A DNA stretch of 64,000 bases from an uncultured Planctomycetia bacterium (GTDB lineage: Bacteria; Omnitrophota; Gorgyraeia; Duberdicusellales; 4484-171), in NCBI GenBank assembly GCA_964483625.1, contig CAZABB010000001.1, positions 67,222 through 131,221 on the forward strand, in the 5' to 3' direction. The notes below the pieces were generated by a model that saw only the letters and a list, made by a program, of their open reading frames with translations, was not told where the DNA came from and searched no databases. The position numbers and the translations under genes were made by a program. How positions within the stretch are numbered: position 1 is the stretch's first letter; each line of letters opens with the position of its first letter. Shown here piece after piece: positions 1-9,500 of this stretch.

Positions 1-661
1 CGACATACTGACCCCCATGCAATTGCCCCACATATAACACCAATTGTTTGTCGATTCTATATTTTTCACGTATCGGATTCCCCGAAACACCCGGATGGAA
101 AAGCATAAGGTCAGCTCCCACCGGCGCGTCGAAAATTCTTTCCGGAGGTATGCTGAGTCGTTCACATTCCAATTTCAGCCGCTGGCTGGCGCATGATACC
201 GTATCAACCAATCGCGGGATATTCCGCTCTAAGATATTTATAAAATGCCAAATCATAGTGCGCAGTATTCCCGGTTTGGTCGAAGCTTCGTATATTTTAA
301 CTTCCCAATCGTCCCAGTCATAATGGAGCGGTTTTTTTCTGAAAAATCCCGCGATAAGCGCCGGCAACACCGCATAATAAAAACATTTCTGAAAATGGAT
401 AATATCGGCAGCCCCGGCGATCCGATAGGTCTTTACGACATTGGCCAAAAGATGCCTTATCCCCAGCTTTCGGCATAAGGGAACCACGGTAAACCTTTCC
501 TGCGGTTGAAAAGACCGCTGATTTTTCCATTCCAGAGGAAAATAGATAAGCGTCACCTCTGAGCCGGTTTTCACGAATTCTCTGGCAAGCGACACGATAC
601 GGATAGTCCAGGGTTCCAAAGGGGAAAAAATATCGTGGGGATGGACCATCATTATATGCAT
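1..661 (-). CDS. GT4 (GT-B) glycosyltransferase, runs off left edge of window (not in ORF track)
   Basis: Manual translation from ATG at 661 (GGAGG RBS upstream): MHIMMVHPHDIFSPLEPWTIRIVSLAREF...ADIIHFQK...PLHYDWDDWE...PVGADLMLFHP...LVLYVGQL; the frame stays open to base 1 and is a typical GT4 N-terminal domain. Confidence 0.85.
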   Translation of the reverse strand, partial: MHIMMVHPHDIFSPLEPWTIRIVSLAREFVKTGSEVTLIYFPLEWKNQRSFQPQERFTVVPLCRKLGIRHLLANVVKTYRIAGAADIIHFQKCFYYAVLPALIAGFFRKKPLHYDWDDWEVKIYEASTKPGILRTMIWHFINILERNIPRLVDTVSCASQRLKLECERLSIPPERIFDAPVGADLMLFHPGVSGNPIREKYRIDKQLVLYVGQLHGGQYV

Positions 662-664
662 TTC

Positions 665-793
665 TCAACCTCCCGGGAATATCCGCGTCTTCTTTATTTT
701 TTTGACAGTCCAGAGAAGCGTATCCACCAGCATCGATAGAATTATCAAAAGGATTAAACGGCAGATTTTCTTAAAAGTAGCGATATAAATCAT
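665..793 (-). CDS. Putative 42-aa small membrane protein
   Basis: Manual translation MIYIATFKKICRLILLIILSMLVDTLLWTVKKIKKTRIFPGG. It fills the gap between the radical SAM gene and the GT4, with a hydrophobic core and basic flanks; the RBS is weak. Confidence 0.45.
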   Translation of the reverse strand: MIYIATFKKICRLILLIILSMLVDTLLWTVKKIKKTRIFPGG

Positions 794-2405
794 ACAATTT
801 CAGTTCTTCAAGCGTCCGGATAATTGTTTGATGGTTGTCACAGTGATCGCAGTGCTCGTCATAGAGTACCTGTCCGTTAAGGAATTGAGCGTCCCGGTGA
901 CTTTTGAGATATTTTGCCTGACGCCGCCACTGCCAGTATTCGGGTGAATACCAGACTTCTTTAAAGGACTTCTTGTCCAGATATCCTACCGTACGCAGAT
1001 GACAGCAGAAACTCATGTCGTATTGAGCCGGAATAAGATTGAAATACCAGCCGATCGTACACCCGTGGTTTAAGAAGAAACCTTTTGACCAGGCTCCGGT
1101 CTGTTCATCATAATGGTTTAGTTGAAATTCAAAATTATCGACAAGTTCTATATTATGTTTCCGTAAGAGCCGAGTGATCTCCGGGATCATTTTTCTCATA
1201 GCATGGACTTCTTCCGGTTTTAACTGCAAGAATCGATTCATGACATCCAACCGGATCAGATAGAATCGTACCGCATCCGGCGCGATTTCAACATCCATCT
1301 TGGCCATCTCGACCAACTCATGATAGTTCATCGTATGGATCACATGGCTGACAATGAGGCGGGGATGCCGTCTCTCCTTTCGCCGGCGGATCCGCATTAA
1401 TCGTTTAAGGTTCTCTTTAATCGCATAAAACGTCTCCGCGGGTTGTGTGACACAGACCTCATGATACGTCCGGGCCGTACCGGCGGGGAAGCTACAGTAA
1501 ATCTCATTCACCCCTAGATCAATGATTTCCTCTGCTTTCGCCTTATCCAGAAGGATTCCGTTGGTAAAGAAGAGCACTCCCAGGTTTTTATTCCGGGCAT
1601 ACCGTAGCATCGGCATGAATTTCTCATACATCAACGGTTCTCCGTCACCCTGCAGGATGATTCCGTCAACCATCATGTCCGATGCGTCATCGATAATGGC
1701 TTTGAACCGTTCGAAATCAAACTTACGATTCAGGAACTCCTCCGGTTGCGTTACCGCCGGCGTATGCACCCAGCAATGCTGACAGCGGGAATTGCAGCGG
1801 TGAAAAGGATCGAAAACGATTGTCTGCGGCCCGATAAACACCTGTTCGGTAATGACGCCGAGCAACCGCAATAGATCTTTTTCTTTACCGGAATTACAGC
1901 GAGCATGCCGGGCTACTTTATCAATGATTTCTTCCAGTTGATCATCGCAGGATTCAATCTCGATGGGATACGATCGAATCGCATCCTGCATGCAAGCCAT
2001 ATATTCTCTGAAGTGTTCGGTCAAATCCTCTACGGGAAAAAGACGCAGAGAGGGAAGCCGTATCTCCCACGGCATCCCCAGAAGATCCAGGCAACACTTG
2101 ATAATCTTGGGAATACGGAAAAAATTGTATCTTGATACCCCGACTACAATACGTATCTCCCGATCTGTTTGCGAAGCGGCCCGGATTCTGTCGGTATTTC
2201 TTTGAAAGCTCCCGGTTTCTCCCGTTATCTTCTCATGGAGCTCAGCGAAATCTCCCCACAGATACACCTGAGAGCTGTCTTGAGCGGACGGGAGCACTCC
2301 TACCCCCTTGCTTTTTTGCCCGCACATACCTACCTTGCTATTTTTTCCGGTAATATTTTTAAGAAAAGCGGTTTTTTTGAATGAGTTAGGGAGCCACATC
2401 TTCAT
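771..2405 (-). CDS. Radical SAM protein (subfamily B) with N-terminal extension and C-terminal SPASM/twitch domain
   Basis: CNSRCQHCW motif, GDGEP, FTNG, C-terminal CTIGW...CCH...CDHC. Start moved to ATG 2405, which follows an AAGGAGG RBS. Confidence 0.9.
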   Translation of the reverse strand: MKMWLPNSFKKTAFLKNITGKNSKVGMCGQKSKGVGVLPSAQDSSQVYLWGDFAELHEKITGETGSFQRNTDRIRAASQTDREIRIVVGVSRYNFFRIPKIIKCCLDLLGMPWEIRLPSLRLFPVEDLTEHFREYMACMQDAIRSYPIEIESCDDQLEEIIDKVARHARCNSGKEKDLLRLLGVITEQVFIGPQTIVFDPFHRCNSRCQHCWVHTPAVTQPEEFLNRKFDFERFKAIIDDASDMMVDGIILQGDGEPLMYEKFMPMLRYARNKNLGVLFFTNGILLDKAKAEEIIDLGVNEIYCSFPAGTARTYHEVCVTQPAETFYAIKENLKRLMRIRRRKERRHPRLIVSHVIHTMNYHELVEMAKMDVEIAPDAVRFYLIRLDVMNRFLQLKPEEVHAMRKMIPEITRLLRKHNIELVDNFEFQLNHYDEQTGAWSKGFFLNHGCTIGWYFNLIPAQYDMSFCCHLRTVGYLDKKSFKEVWYSPEYWQWRRQAKYLKSHRDAQFLNGQVLYDEHCDHCDNHQTIIRTLEELKLYDLYRYF

Positions 2406-3450
2406 GCATTTCCTCCTTATAACAATTGACCATTCCCGCGCAGTTCTTTCGGCAGCGACGTATTCTCTCACGGATGTCTTCGGCCTTTTCTGAATGCCAG
2501 AGGTCTCTTATGCTATCTTTTTTAACATTGCCTATTGATCCCATTTCACAACACAAATGAGCATCTCCTTGATGATTCACATTCAAAAATTTATCTCCTA
2601 AATAACAAGGGATATCTCTGACCGATTGCTGAGGGTTAGCGAAATATCGTTTGAACCGCTCAAGCTGGGCAATCGGGTTATCGATCCGATAGCCCGAATT
2701 TTTGCGGGCGATCAACGCGTCGATCACAGAATAAACCCGGGGAATATCCTTCGGCCAGAGGCTGTTGAACTCTTCCTTTCGATACCAAAACGGGTCGATA
2801 GGAACCATATTCGGCCGCATCAATGCCATAAATGATACGGAAATACCGTTGTCCTGAACCCATTCGGTCAGATCTAGGATACCTTCCAGATTCGGCCCCA
2901 TGATGATCGTCTGAAGATTAATATTTTTCAGTCTCCCCCGATAGTCATTCAAATAGCCGACTGCCTGTTTAGCACGAATACATGCCCCCTTTGTTCCCCG
3001 CAGGGTATCGTGTACGGTCTCATCCATACTATCGAGCGAAACGGGAAGAAAAGTCAATCCGGAATCGGCAACGCGCCGGGCGGCATCACGATCGAGAAGG
3101 AATCCATTGGTCACCATCGAGGAAAAGGGAAAGTCCTGTCTCCCGATAAATTCAATAAGTTCAAATATTCCCTGTCTCATCAGCGGCTCGCCTCCGGCGA
3201 TATTGATACCGAAAGAATCACTCGCCAACCCTTTTAGTTCCATGATAAACCGGGATAATTCCTCATTGCTCATTTCATTCCCGTGGCAGGAGCTTTTCCA
3301 GGTGTGGCACATCTTGCATCGAAACATACACCGTTGCGTTACTTCAATCACACAAAAATTCAATTTTTTCATTTCCCGTTTTAACATTTCTTTTTCAAAA
3401 CTTCGCCCTTTCCCGTTTAATCTTTTGGTTTCACTTTCAAGATATTCCAA
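2386..3450 (-). CDS. Radical SAM/SPASM-twitch protein (subfamily A)
   Basis: CMFRCKMC, GGEP, TNG, SLD, C-terminal C..C..CRKNCAGMVNC. The true start may be 3387 or 3372. Confidence 0.92.
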   Translation of the reverse strand: MEYLESETKRLNGKGRSFEKEMLKREMKKLNFCVIEVTQRCMFRCKMCHTWKSSCHGNEMSNEELSRFIMELKGLASDSFGINIAGGEPLMRQGIFELIEFIGRQDFPFSSMVTNGFLLDRDAARRVADSGLTFLPVSLDSMDETVHDTLRGTKGACIRAKQAVGYLNDYRGRLKNINLQTIIMGPNLEGILDLTEWVQDNGISVSFMALMRPNMVPIDPFWYRKEEFNSLWPKDIPRVYSVIDALIARKNSGYRIDNPIAQLERFKRYFANPQQSVRDIPCYLGDKFLNVNHQGDAHLCCEMGSIGNVKKDSIRDLWHSEKAEDIRERIRRCRKNCAGMVNCYKEEMHEDVAP

Positions 3451-5438
3451 AACCGTCCCATTTTATAAAAAAGACTGTTACGAATTTTATCATTATAATA
3501 TGCTGCTTCCTTCTGATTGCCGTCGATAGCCAATATGTCCCCGAAAACCTTCAGCGCTAATTCATAATTACGCTGACGGTAATATAGCTGCCCCAATCCC
3601 AGAAGGGATACCACGTCGTGAGGCACCTTTCCCAGAACATATTCGAACTCCTTCCTGGCCTCTCTCACACGGCCTTGAACCAGGAAACAAAGTCCGAGTC
3701 CTTGACGAGCATACACATTCTCATTCGTTATCCTTAATGCGTTCTGAAATGCCTGTACAGCCTCCGGAACCTGCTTCAACTCATAATAACAAACTCCCAA
3801 TTCCTGATGAATATGAGTATTCTCCGGTTCAAGATCGAGAGCCTTGCGGAACATTTCGATAGCCGGCCCGAATTGATTTTCCATCCGGTGGCATTTACCC
3901 AGCTCATAGTACGCCCAGCCGGCACAGGAAGGATTCCGAAGAACCTCATGATATTCCTGACGCGCCCGGGAGAGATCTCCTACCGCGGCATAACAAACCC
4001 CCAATTCCTGATGAATATGAGTATTCTCCGGTTCAAGATCGAGAGCCTTGCGGAACATTTCGATAGCCGGCCCGAATTGATTTTCCATCCGGTGGCATTT
4101 ACCCAGCTCATAGTACGCCCAGCCGGCACAGGGATTACTCTCCAGTATGAAACGATACTCCTGAGCTGCTTTCTCTAATTGATTTGTTGCCATATAACAA
4201 ATACCCAATTGGCGGCGCACTTCTTCACCCATACCGTTAAGAAGACTAAATTCCCTAATCGCCTTATCATGTTGTCCTAAGGCGGCGTAACACATCCCTG
4301 CATTTCTACGTACCTCTTGATTTCCCGGCTGGTTTTGCAGTATTTGCATAAACTCGCCGGCGGCGCGATCGAATTCCCTTCCCGCCATATAATATTCTCC
4401 CGAACGCAGATGGGAACGAAAATGATATTCATCCTCTTTTTCAAAGGCAACCATGAAGTTAATTACACAACATCGTCTTCCCGCCCCCCGCTGATTTATT
4501 TTGGCGCGAATCGCATCCGCTCTGGAAGAAAACCAGAGCGTCCGGAGATCATCCTTCTGAACATTCCCCAGTACATACCCACTGAGATAAATCGTACCTG
4601 TTTCATCCAAATCCAATATGTAATCGTGAATATGACAATCCGTTTCTTTCATAAAAACGTCCGGATCGACATAGTACTTTTTAAATGCTTCAAGCTGGGC
4701 GTAAGGATTCCAGATTTTAAAGCCTCTTTTCTTTAACATTATCAACTCGTCCATCACTCTGTGCAATGTAGCCGTATTTTGCGGCCACAGCTGATTATAC
4801 TCCGGCCTCCGGAACCAGTTGTTACGGGGATGAACAAGCCCGGTCTCCTGCAAAGCGAGGAAAGATATCTGTTCAAATGCGTCCTCGTTGTTTACCCAGT
4901 GTGTTAATTCAAGGATATCATCCAGATTCTTTTCCATGATAATGGTAAGGATCGTAAGCGCCAAATTATCTTTCCGGTTATGTTTATGCCTTTTAAGATA
5001 GTCTATAGCCCTCAGAACTTTCTCGAGAACGCCTTTTTCTCCCCTTAAGAAATCATGAACATGCGGTCGCAAACTTTCTAGAGAGATCGCCAACACATTC
5101 AACCGGGACGCGACGATACATTTGGCAAAATCTTCATCAATGAGGCAGGCATTTGTCGAGATAATCGACGTAAACCCTTTGTTGCCGATATAATCACAAA
5201 GATCAAGACACCAATCGATCAGAAACGGTTCCCCTCCCATAATATTTATTTCCAAAGAAGGATTTTCAACCAGATCCCGCAGTGAATCAATAAATCTTTT
5301 CGCCTGGTCAAAGGTGAGCCCGGGAGAATCCGAACCACATTTCCAAGCCGTACACATCTTACAATGCAACATGCAACGGTTGGACAACACAATATCACAG
5401 AATCTCGGGTAATGTATCGAAAACGAAACATCCTTCAT
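3417..5438 (-). CDS. Radical SAM protein (subfamily A) fused to a C-terminal TPR array
   Basis: CMLHCKMC, GGEP, STN; about 9 TPR-like 34-aa units in the C-terminal half. Confidence 0.92.
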   Translation of the reverse strand: MKDVSFSIHYPRFCDIVLSNRCMLHCKMCTAWKCGSDSPGLTFDQAKRFIDSLRDLVENPSLEINIMGGEPFLIDWCLDLCDYIGNKGFTSIISTNACLIDEDFAKCIVASRLNVLAISLESLRPHVHDFLRGEKGVLEKVLRAIDYLKRHKHNRKDNLALTILTIIMEKNLDDILELTHWVNNEDAFEQISFLALQETGLVHPRNNWFRRPEYNQLWPQNTATLHRVMDELIMLKKRGFKIWNPYAQLEAFKKYYVDPDVFMKETDCHIHDYILDLDETGTIYLSGYVLGNVQKDDLRTLWFSSRADAIRAKINQRGAGRRCCVINFMVAFEKEDEYHFRSHLRSGEYYMAGREFDRAAGEFMQILQNQPGNQEVRRNAGMCYAALGQHDKAIREFSLLNGMGEEVRRQLGICYMATNQLEKAAQEYRFILESNPCAGWAYYELGKCHRMENQFGPAIEMFRKALDLEPENTHIHQELGVCYAAVGDLSRARQEYHEVLRNPSCAGWAYYELGKCHRMENQFGPAIEMFRKALDLEPENTHIHQELGVCYYELKQVPEAVQAFQNALRITNENVYARQGLGLCFLVQGRVREARKEFEYVLGKVPHDVVSLLGLGQLYYRQRNYELALKVFGDILAIDGNQKEAAYYNDKIRNSLFYKMGRFWNILKVKPKD
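3796..4132. repeat. Intragenic direct repeat: 133 bp identical (3796-3928 = 4000-4132), period 204 bp (two TPR units)
   Basis: Direct base comparison; both copies encode CAGWAYYELGKCHRMENQFGPAIEMFRKALDLEPENTHIHQELG. Confidence 0.95.
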
Positions 5439-5450
5439 TTCACACCTATT

Positions 5451-6455
5451 CTATCTAGATTCTTCTTCATACCAGCAATTGATAATATGATGGCAGTTCT
5501 TCGCACACCGGGCAATCTCCTCCCTTCGTTTTTCCGCCGCTGATGAATGCCAGATATCCTTAAAACCTGCCGTTTTTATATTGCCGATTCCCCCCATAAA
5601 CGGACACATATTGATTTCCCCTTCGGGATTGACTGAAAACGTTGTACCCTGGACCATATTACATACGTATCTTTTGATAAAATGGTCCGGATGTGAGAAA
5701 TATTCTTTAAAAACACTAAGCTGAGAAAGGGGATTTACAATTTTATACCCCTTTTCTTTCCGGCTGATAAGCTGATCAATCACTGAATCTGCCAATTCTG
5801 TGTCTTGCGGCCAAATCCAGCGATATTCTTCATCCTGATACCACCGTTCTCGAGGAGAAGTATGAAAAGGCTGCATGACTGCCTGTAAAAAAATATGGTG
5901 AATAGTGCCGTTCTGCTGTACCCAGTCGGTCAACGGCACGATATCCTCCATATTCGGCCCCATGATTACTGTATCGATGGCAACTTCAAGGTTTGTTTTA
6001 TGGCGTCTAAGCGACTCGATTGCTTCCATCACCCGCCGATAGCTTCCTTTTATTCCCCTCAAAAAATCATGAATTTGTGCGTCAGTACTGTATAACGTCA
6101 ATGCGATGTTGTTCAAGCCGGAATCACAAAGCTGTTTTGCTAATTCTTCGGTCAAATCATACGCACTGGTTGCCAAGGAGGTCCGGAAGCCCTGCCGGGC
6201 ACAATAACCAAGCAACTCAACAAGCATATCGGGTAATCGCAAAGGCTCTCCTCCTCCGAAGATTACACAGAAATCATCGTGAACATGCCCGGAGATGGAC
6301 TTCAAAAAGTCTTTCCATTGCTCAACCGACGGCCGGATAATGTTTTTCTCGTCGTTCTTCCATAGATGACACATCCGGCATCTTAATCCGCAACTTAATG
6401 TGAGTAACGCCACACAACTCTTTGGTTTCATACTTTTGACCGGACGAGAAATCAT
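5451..6455 (-). CDS. Radical SAM/SPASM-twitch protein (subfamily A)
   Basis: CGLRCRMC, GGGEP, QAVMQPF, WPQD, CAKNCHHIINC. Confidence 0.92.
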   Translation of the reverse strand: MISRPVKSMKPKSCVALLTLSCGLRCRMCHLWKNDEKNIIRPSVEQWKDFLKSISGHVHDDFCVIFGGGEPLRLPDMLVELLGYCARQGFRTSLATSAYDLTEELAKQLCDSGLNNIALTLYSTDAQIHDFLRGIKGSYRRVMEAIESLRRHKTNLEVAIDTVIMGPNMEDIVPLTDWVQQNGTIHHIFLQAVMQPFHTSPRERWYQDEEYRWIWPQDTELADSVIDQLISRKEKGYKIVNPLSQLSVFKEYFSHPDHFIKRYVCNMVQGTTFSVNPEGEINMCPFMGGIGNIKTAGFKDIWHSSAAEKRREEIARCAKNCHHIINCWYEEESR

Positions 6456-6477
6456 TTATCACCTCTGGTTGAAACTG

Positions 6478-7485
6478 TTATTCAGACGAAGCGACAGGAG
6501 GAAATGATTGTTCCTCTTGAAAAAAACAATTAACCATCGATTTACAATTACGTTTGCACTGGCGGATATGTTTACGAACATCTCTCGCTTTCTCCCCCAG
6601 CCACATATCTGGGAATCGATCGGAATGAATATTCCCAATCGGCGCAAGCGACTGGCATAAAAACACATCGCCGCGCGGGTTAATACTAAGAGAACTGTAC
6701 CCTAAATGACATTGACTACGTTTAATGGAACGTTCCGGATTATTAAAATAGGCCTTAAATGCCTTCAACTGTCCAATCGGATTGTTGATTTTAAACCGAG
6801 TTTCTCTTAAATTAATCAATTCATCAACAATCGAGTTTATTTTCTCAAAATTCTGCGGCCAGAGAAATTTAAATTCATCTTTTTGATGCCATTGATTGTC
6901 CGGTTCGGTATTAAAAGGCTGCATAACCGCCTGGAAACTGATCCCGTCAATCTCATTGCGGGAATCGACCCATCGGGCTAAATCAATGATCTCATCGAGA
7001 TTAGCCTCCATAATGGTCGTGACAATATTTATCTGAGGATATTCTCGTCTACACTGCGAAACAATTTCGATTGCCCGCAAAACTTGATCATGAAGTCCTT
7101 TTTTCCCACGCAAATCATCATGAATACGAGGATTAAGACTATCTAACGAAAAGACCAGCGTATTCAATCCTGAAGATATAATTTTTTCAGCTACAGTCCC
7201 ATCGACTAAAAATCCATTGGTCGTCATCGTAGTAGTAAACTCTTTCTCGGCAGCAAAATGGATAAGATCGAATATCCCTTCTTTTATAAGAGGCTCCCCT
7301 CCGACAAATTGTATTTGCACAGCACTACCGAAATATTCATACAGTTGCCGCAGAAATTCCTTCCATACGGCAGGCGGAGTAAATGATGAGTTATTCGGAA
7401 TCCTCCACATCCGACACATCTTGCAACGCAAAAAACAATTCTCGAGGAGGATAAGATCGCAATGTGTTAATTGTCGACTCCTCAT
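6478..7485 (-). CDS. Radical SAM/SPASM-twitch protein (subfamily A)
   Basis: CFLRCKMC, GGEP, TTNG, QAVMQPF, CKRNCKSMVNC. Confidence 0.92.
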   Translation of the reverse strand: MRSRQLTHCDLILLENCFLRCKMCRMWRIPNNSSFTPPAVWKEFLRQLYEYFGSAVQIQFVGGEPLIKEGIFDLIHFAAEKEFTTTMTTNGFLVDGTVAEKIISSGLNTLVFSLDSLNPRIHDDLRGKKGLHDQVLRAIEIVSQCRREYPQINIVTTIMEANLDEIIDLARWVDSRNEIDGISFQAVMQPFNTEPDNQWHQKDEFKFLWPQNFEKINSIVDELINLRETRFKINNPIGQLKAFKAYFNNPERSIKRSQCHLGYSSLSINPRGDVFLCQSLAPIGNIHSDRFPDMWLGEKARDVRKHIRQCKRNCKSMVNCFFQEEQSFPPVASSE

Positions 7486-7492
7486 AATGATC

Positions 7493-8515
7493 TTACAGTA
7501 ATGTCTTATCGATAAAACAATTAATCCCGATGAGACAGATATGCCGGCAATGATAGATCTTCTCTCTCTGCAATTGCGCTTCTTTCGAATACCACAAGTC
7601 TTTTAGCTTTGCACTGCGCACATTACCCAAAGATGAGCCTTGGGAAGGACAGAGAAAAGCCTCCCCCGTAGGCCTTAGATATATGGAATAATTCCCCTGC
7701 CGACAACGTATTTTTTCCCCATACGTTTGAGGATTCTGGAAATAGTTTTTAAACATTTCCAATTGTTCCCGGGAATTCGCAATTTTATAACCAGCTTCCT
7801 TATATTTAATTAATGTGTCGATAATTTTCGCCATATCATCTTTATCATGCGGCCAGAGGTCACTCCATTGTTCTTTCTCATACCACTGAGCATCTCGAAC
7901 CGTGGCAATAGGCTGAGATACTGCCTGATAATAAATGGCACCTAAATATTTGTTATCCTGCATCCATTGAGCAAGCGGGATAAGGTCATCTTTATTTTTT
8001 TCCATGATGACCGTAAGAAGGCTGATACCCCGAGCCTTTACGGCGATCAGATAATCAAGAGCGCGCATAAGATGTTGATACGCTCCTTCTTTTCCTCTCA
8101 GTGAATCATGCGTGGACTCATTGAGGCTTTCTAGAGAAAGACTGATGACATCGAGCCCTGAAGCAACGATTTCCCGCGCTACGGACTTATCAATCAGAAA
8201 CCCATTGGTCACCATAGCCGTCGCGAATCTCTTCTTATGTGCATAGTGGACCAAATCGAAAATCCCCTCTTTGAGCAGAGGTTCGCCGCCGACGATATGA
8301 ATACGAATATTATCCGATCCGAACTCCTCGAGTGAGTCCACCACACGCATCCATTCTTCAATCGAGAGCTCTTCCTCGGCGGGCTCATTTTCCCAGAATC
8401 TACACATTTTACACCGGAAAAAGCAGCGTTCGGTTATTCCAATATCACAAAAAATCGGAGGTGTTATTTCCCCCTCGATACTATGTCTCTGAATTGATTG
8501 ATTTAAATCGCTCAT
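7493..8515 (-). CDS. Radical SAM/SPASM-twitch protein (subfamily A)
   Basis: CFFRCKMC, GGEP, VTNG, QAVSQP, CRHICLIGINC. Confidence 0.92.
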   Translation of the reverse strand: MSDLNQSIQRHSIEGEITPPIFCDIGITERCFFRCKMCRFWENEPAEEELSIEEWMRVVDSLEEFGSDNIRIHIVGGEPLLKEGIFDLVHYAHKKRFATAMVTNGFLIDKSVAREIVASGLDVISLSLESLNESTHDSLRGKEGAYQHLMRALDYLIAVKARGISLLTVIMEKNKDDLIPLAQWMQDNKYLGAIYYQAVSQPIATVRDAQWYEKEQWSDLWPHDKDDMAKIIDTLIKYKEAGYKIANSREQLEMFKNYFQNPQTYGEKIRCRQGNYSIYLRPTGEAFLCPSQGSSLGNVRSAKLKDLWYSKEAQLQREKIYHCRHICLIGINCFIDKTLL

Positions 8516-9485
8516 CTTCCTGAAAAAAACAATTTACGATATTATGACAGGTCCGGGTACACGCGTACATCTCACATCGGGCCTTCTCTGCTGTCTCCGA
8601 AAACCATAATTCCTTTATGTCGTCCCGGATGACATTTCCGAGGGGCCGGCCGAAACAGCATAAGAAAATGTCTCCTTTATGATCGATATTCAAGACCGAA
8701 TCTCCCAGCCGGCATGTTTTATCGGAAACCCTTACACACGGGTTTTTAAAATACGCTTTAAATAATTCCAGCTGAGCCCGGGGATTGCTTACGACTCCGT
8801 ACATTTCTTTAAACCGGATAACCTCTTCAATAATCTCGCATAGTGTGGGGATATCGCCGGGCCAAAGAGAAGAAAATTCCGGCTGATGATACCAATCATC
8901 TTCGGTCGCGGTAAAAAAAGGACGCGCGATCGTCTGGAAATATACCGAATCCACATAAGGGGTATCTTTTACCCAACGGATATGCCGGAGAAGTTCACGA
9001 TAATTTTCTCCGGAGACGACCGTGATGATCTGAACGGGAAAATCCCGCCGGAATTGCTTGAGATATCGCAAACCGTTTACGGCACGGTCATACGCACCGG
9101 GTGTACCGCGCAGAGAATCGTGTGTTTGCCGGTCACAGGAATCAAGGGAGAGAGACACCTGGTCGACACCGGCAGCGACAATATCGCGAGCTTTTTTCTC
9201 ATCGAGAAGGAATCCGTTGGTGACCAGACCAACCTTAAATCCTTTCTTCTTGGCGGCAGAGATCAACTCGAACATCCCTGCCTCAAGTAACGGTTCGCCA
9301 CCGGTAAAAATGATCTCGCCTTGTCCGGACATCAGCCGGTTAAGATCGTCGATAACCTTAAGCCACGCTGAACCATCGAGACTTTCCGGATCGGGAGGAA
9401 GCTTCCACATATGACACATCTTACACCGCAGCATACAGCGGGTATGCAGTACGATCGAACAGGCGTTGGGAGCGTTCTTAACCAT
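8481..9485 (-). CDS. Radical SAM/SPASM-twitch protein (subfamily A)
   Basis: CMLRCKMC, TGGEP, VTNG, CTRTCHNIVNC. Confidence 0.92.
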   Translation of the reverse strand: MVKNAPNACSIVLHTRCMLRCKMCHMWKLPPDPESLDGSAWLKVIDDLNRLMSGQGEIIFTGGEPLLEAGMFELISAAKKKGFKVGLVTNGFLLDEKKARDIVAAGVDQVSLSLDSCDRQTHDSLRGTPGAYDRAVNGLRYLKQFRRDFPVQIITVVSGENYRELLRHIRWVKDTPYVDSVYFQTIARPFFTATEDDWYHQPEFSSLWPGDIPTLCEIIEEVIRFKEMYGVVSNPRAQLELFKAYFKNPCVRVSDKTCRLGDSVLNIDHKGDIFLCCFGRPLGNVIRDDIKELWFSETAEKARCEMYACTRTCHNIVNCFFQEDERFKSINSET

Positions 9486-9500
9486 AGACGGATTCTTTCT

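Noticed and set aside
318-668. 116-aa minus-strand ORF in the track
   Set aside because: Off-frame overlap of the GT4 that starts at 661.
3786-4132. Repeat pair as a DGR template/variable region or CRISPR
   Set aside because: In-frame TPR duplication with one synonymous mismatch at its edge; no reverse transcriptase, spacers or cas genes in the window.
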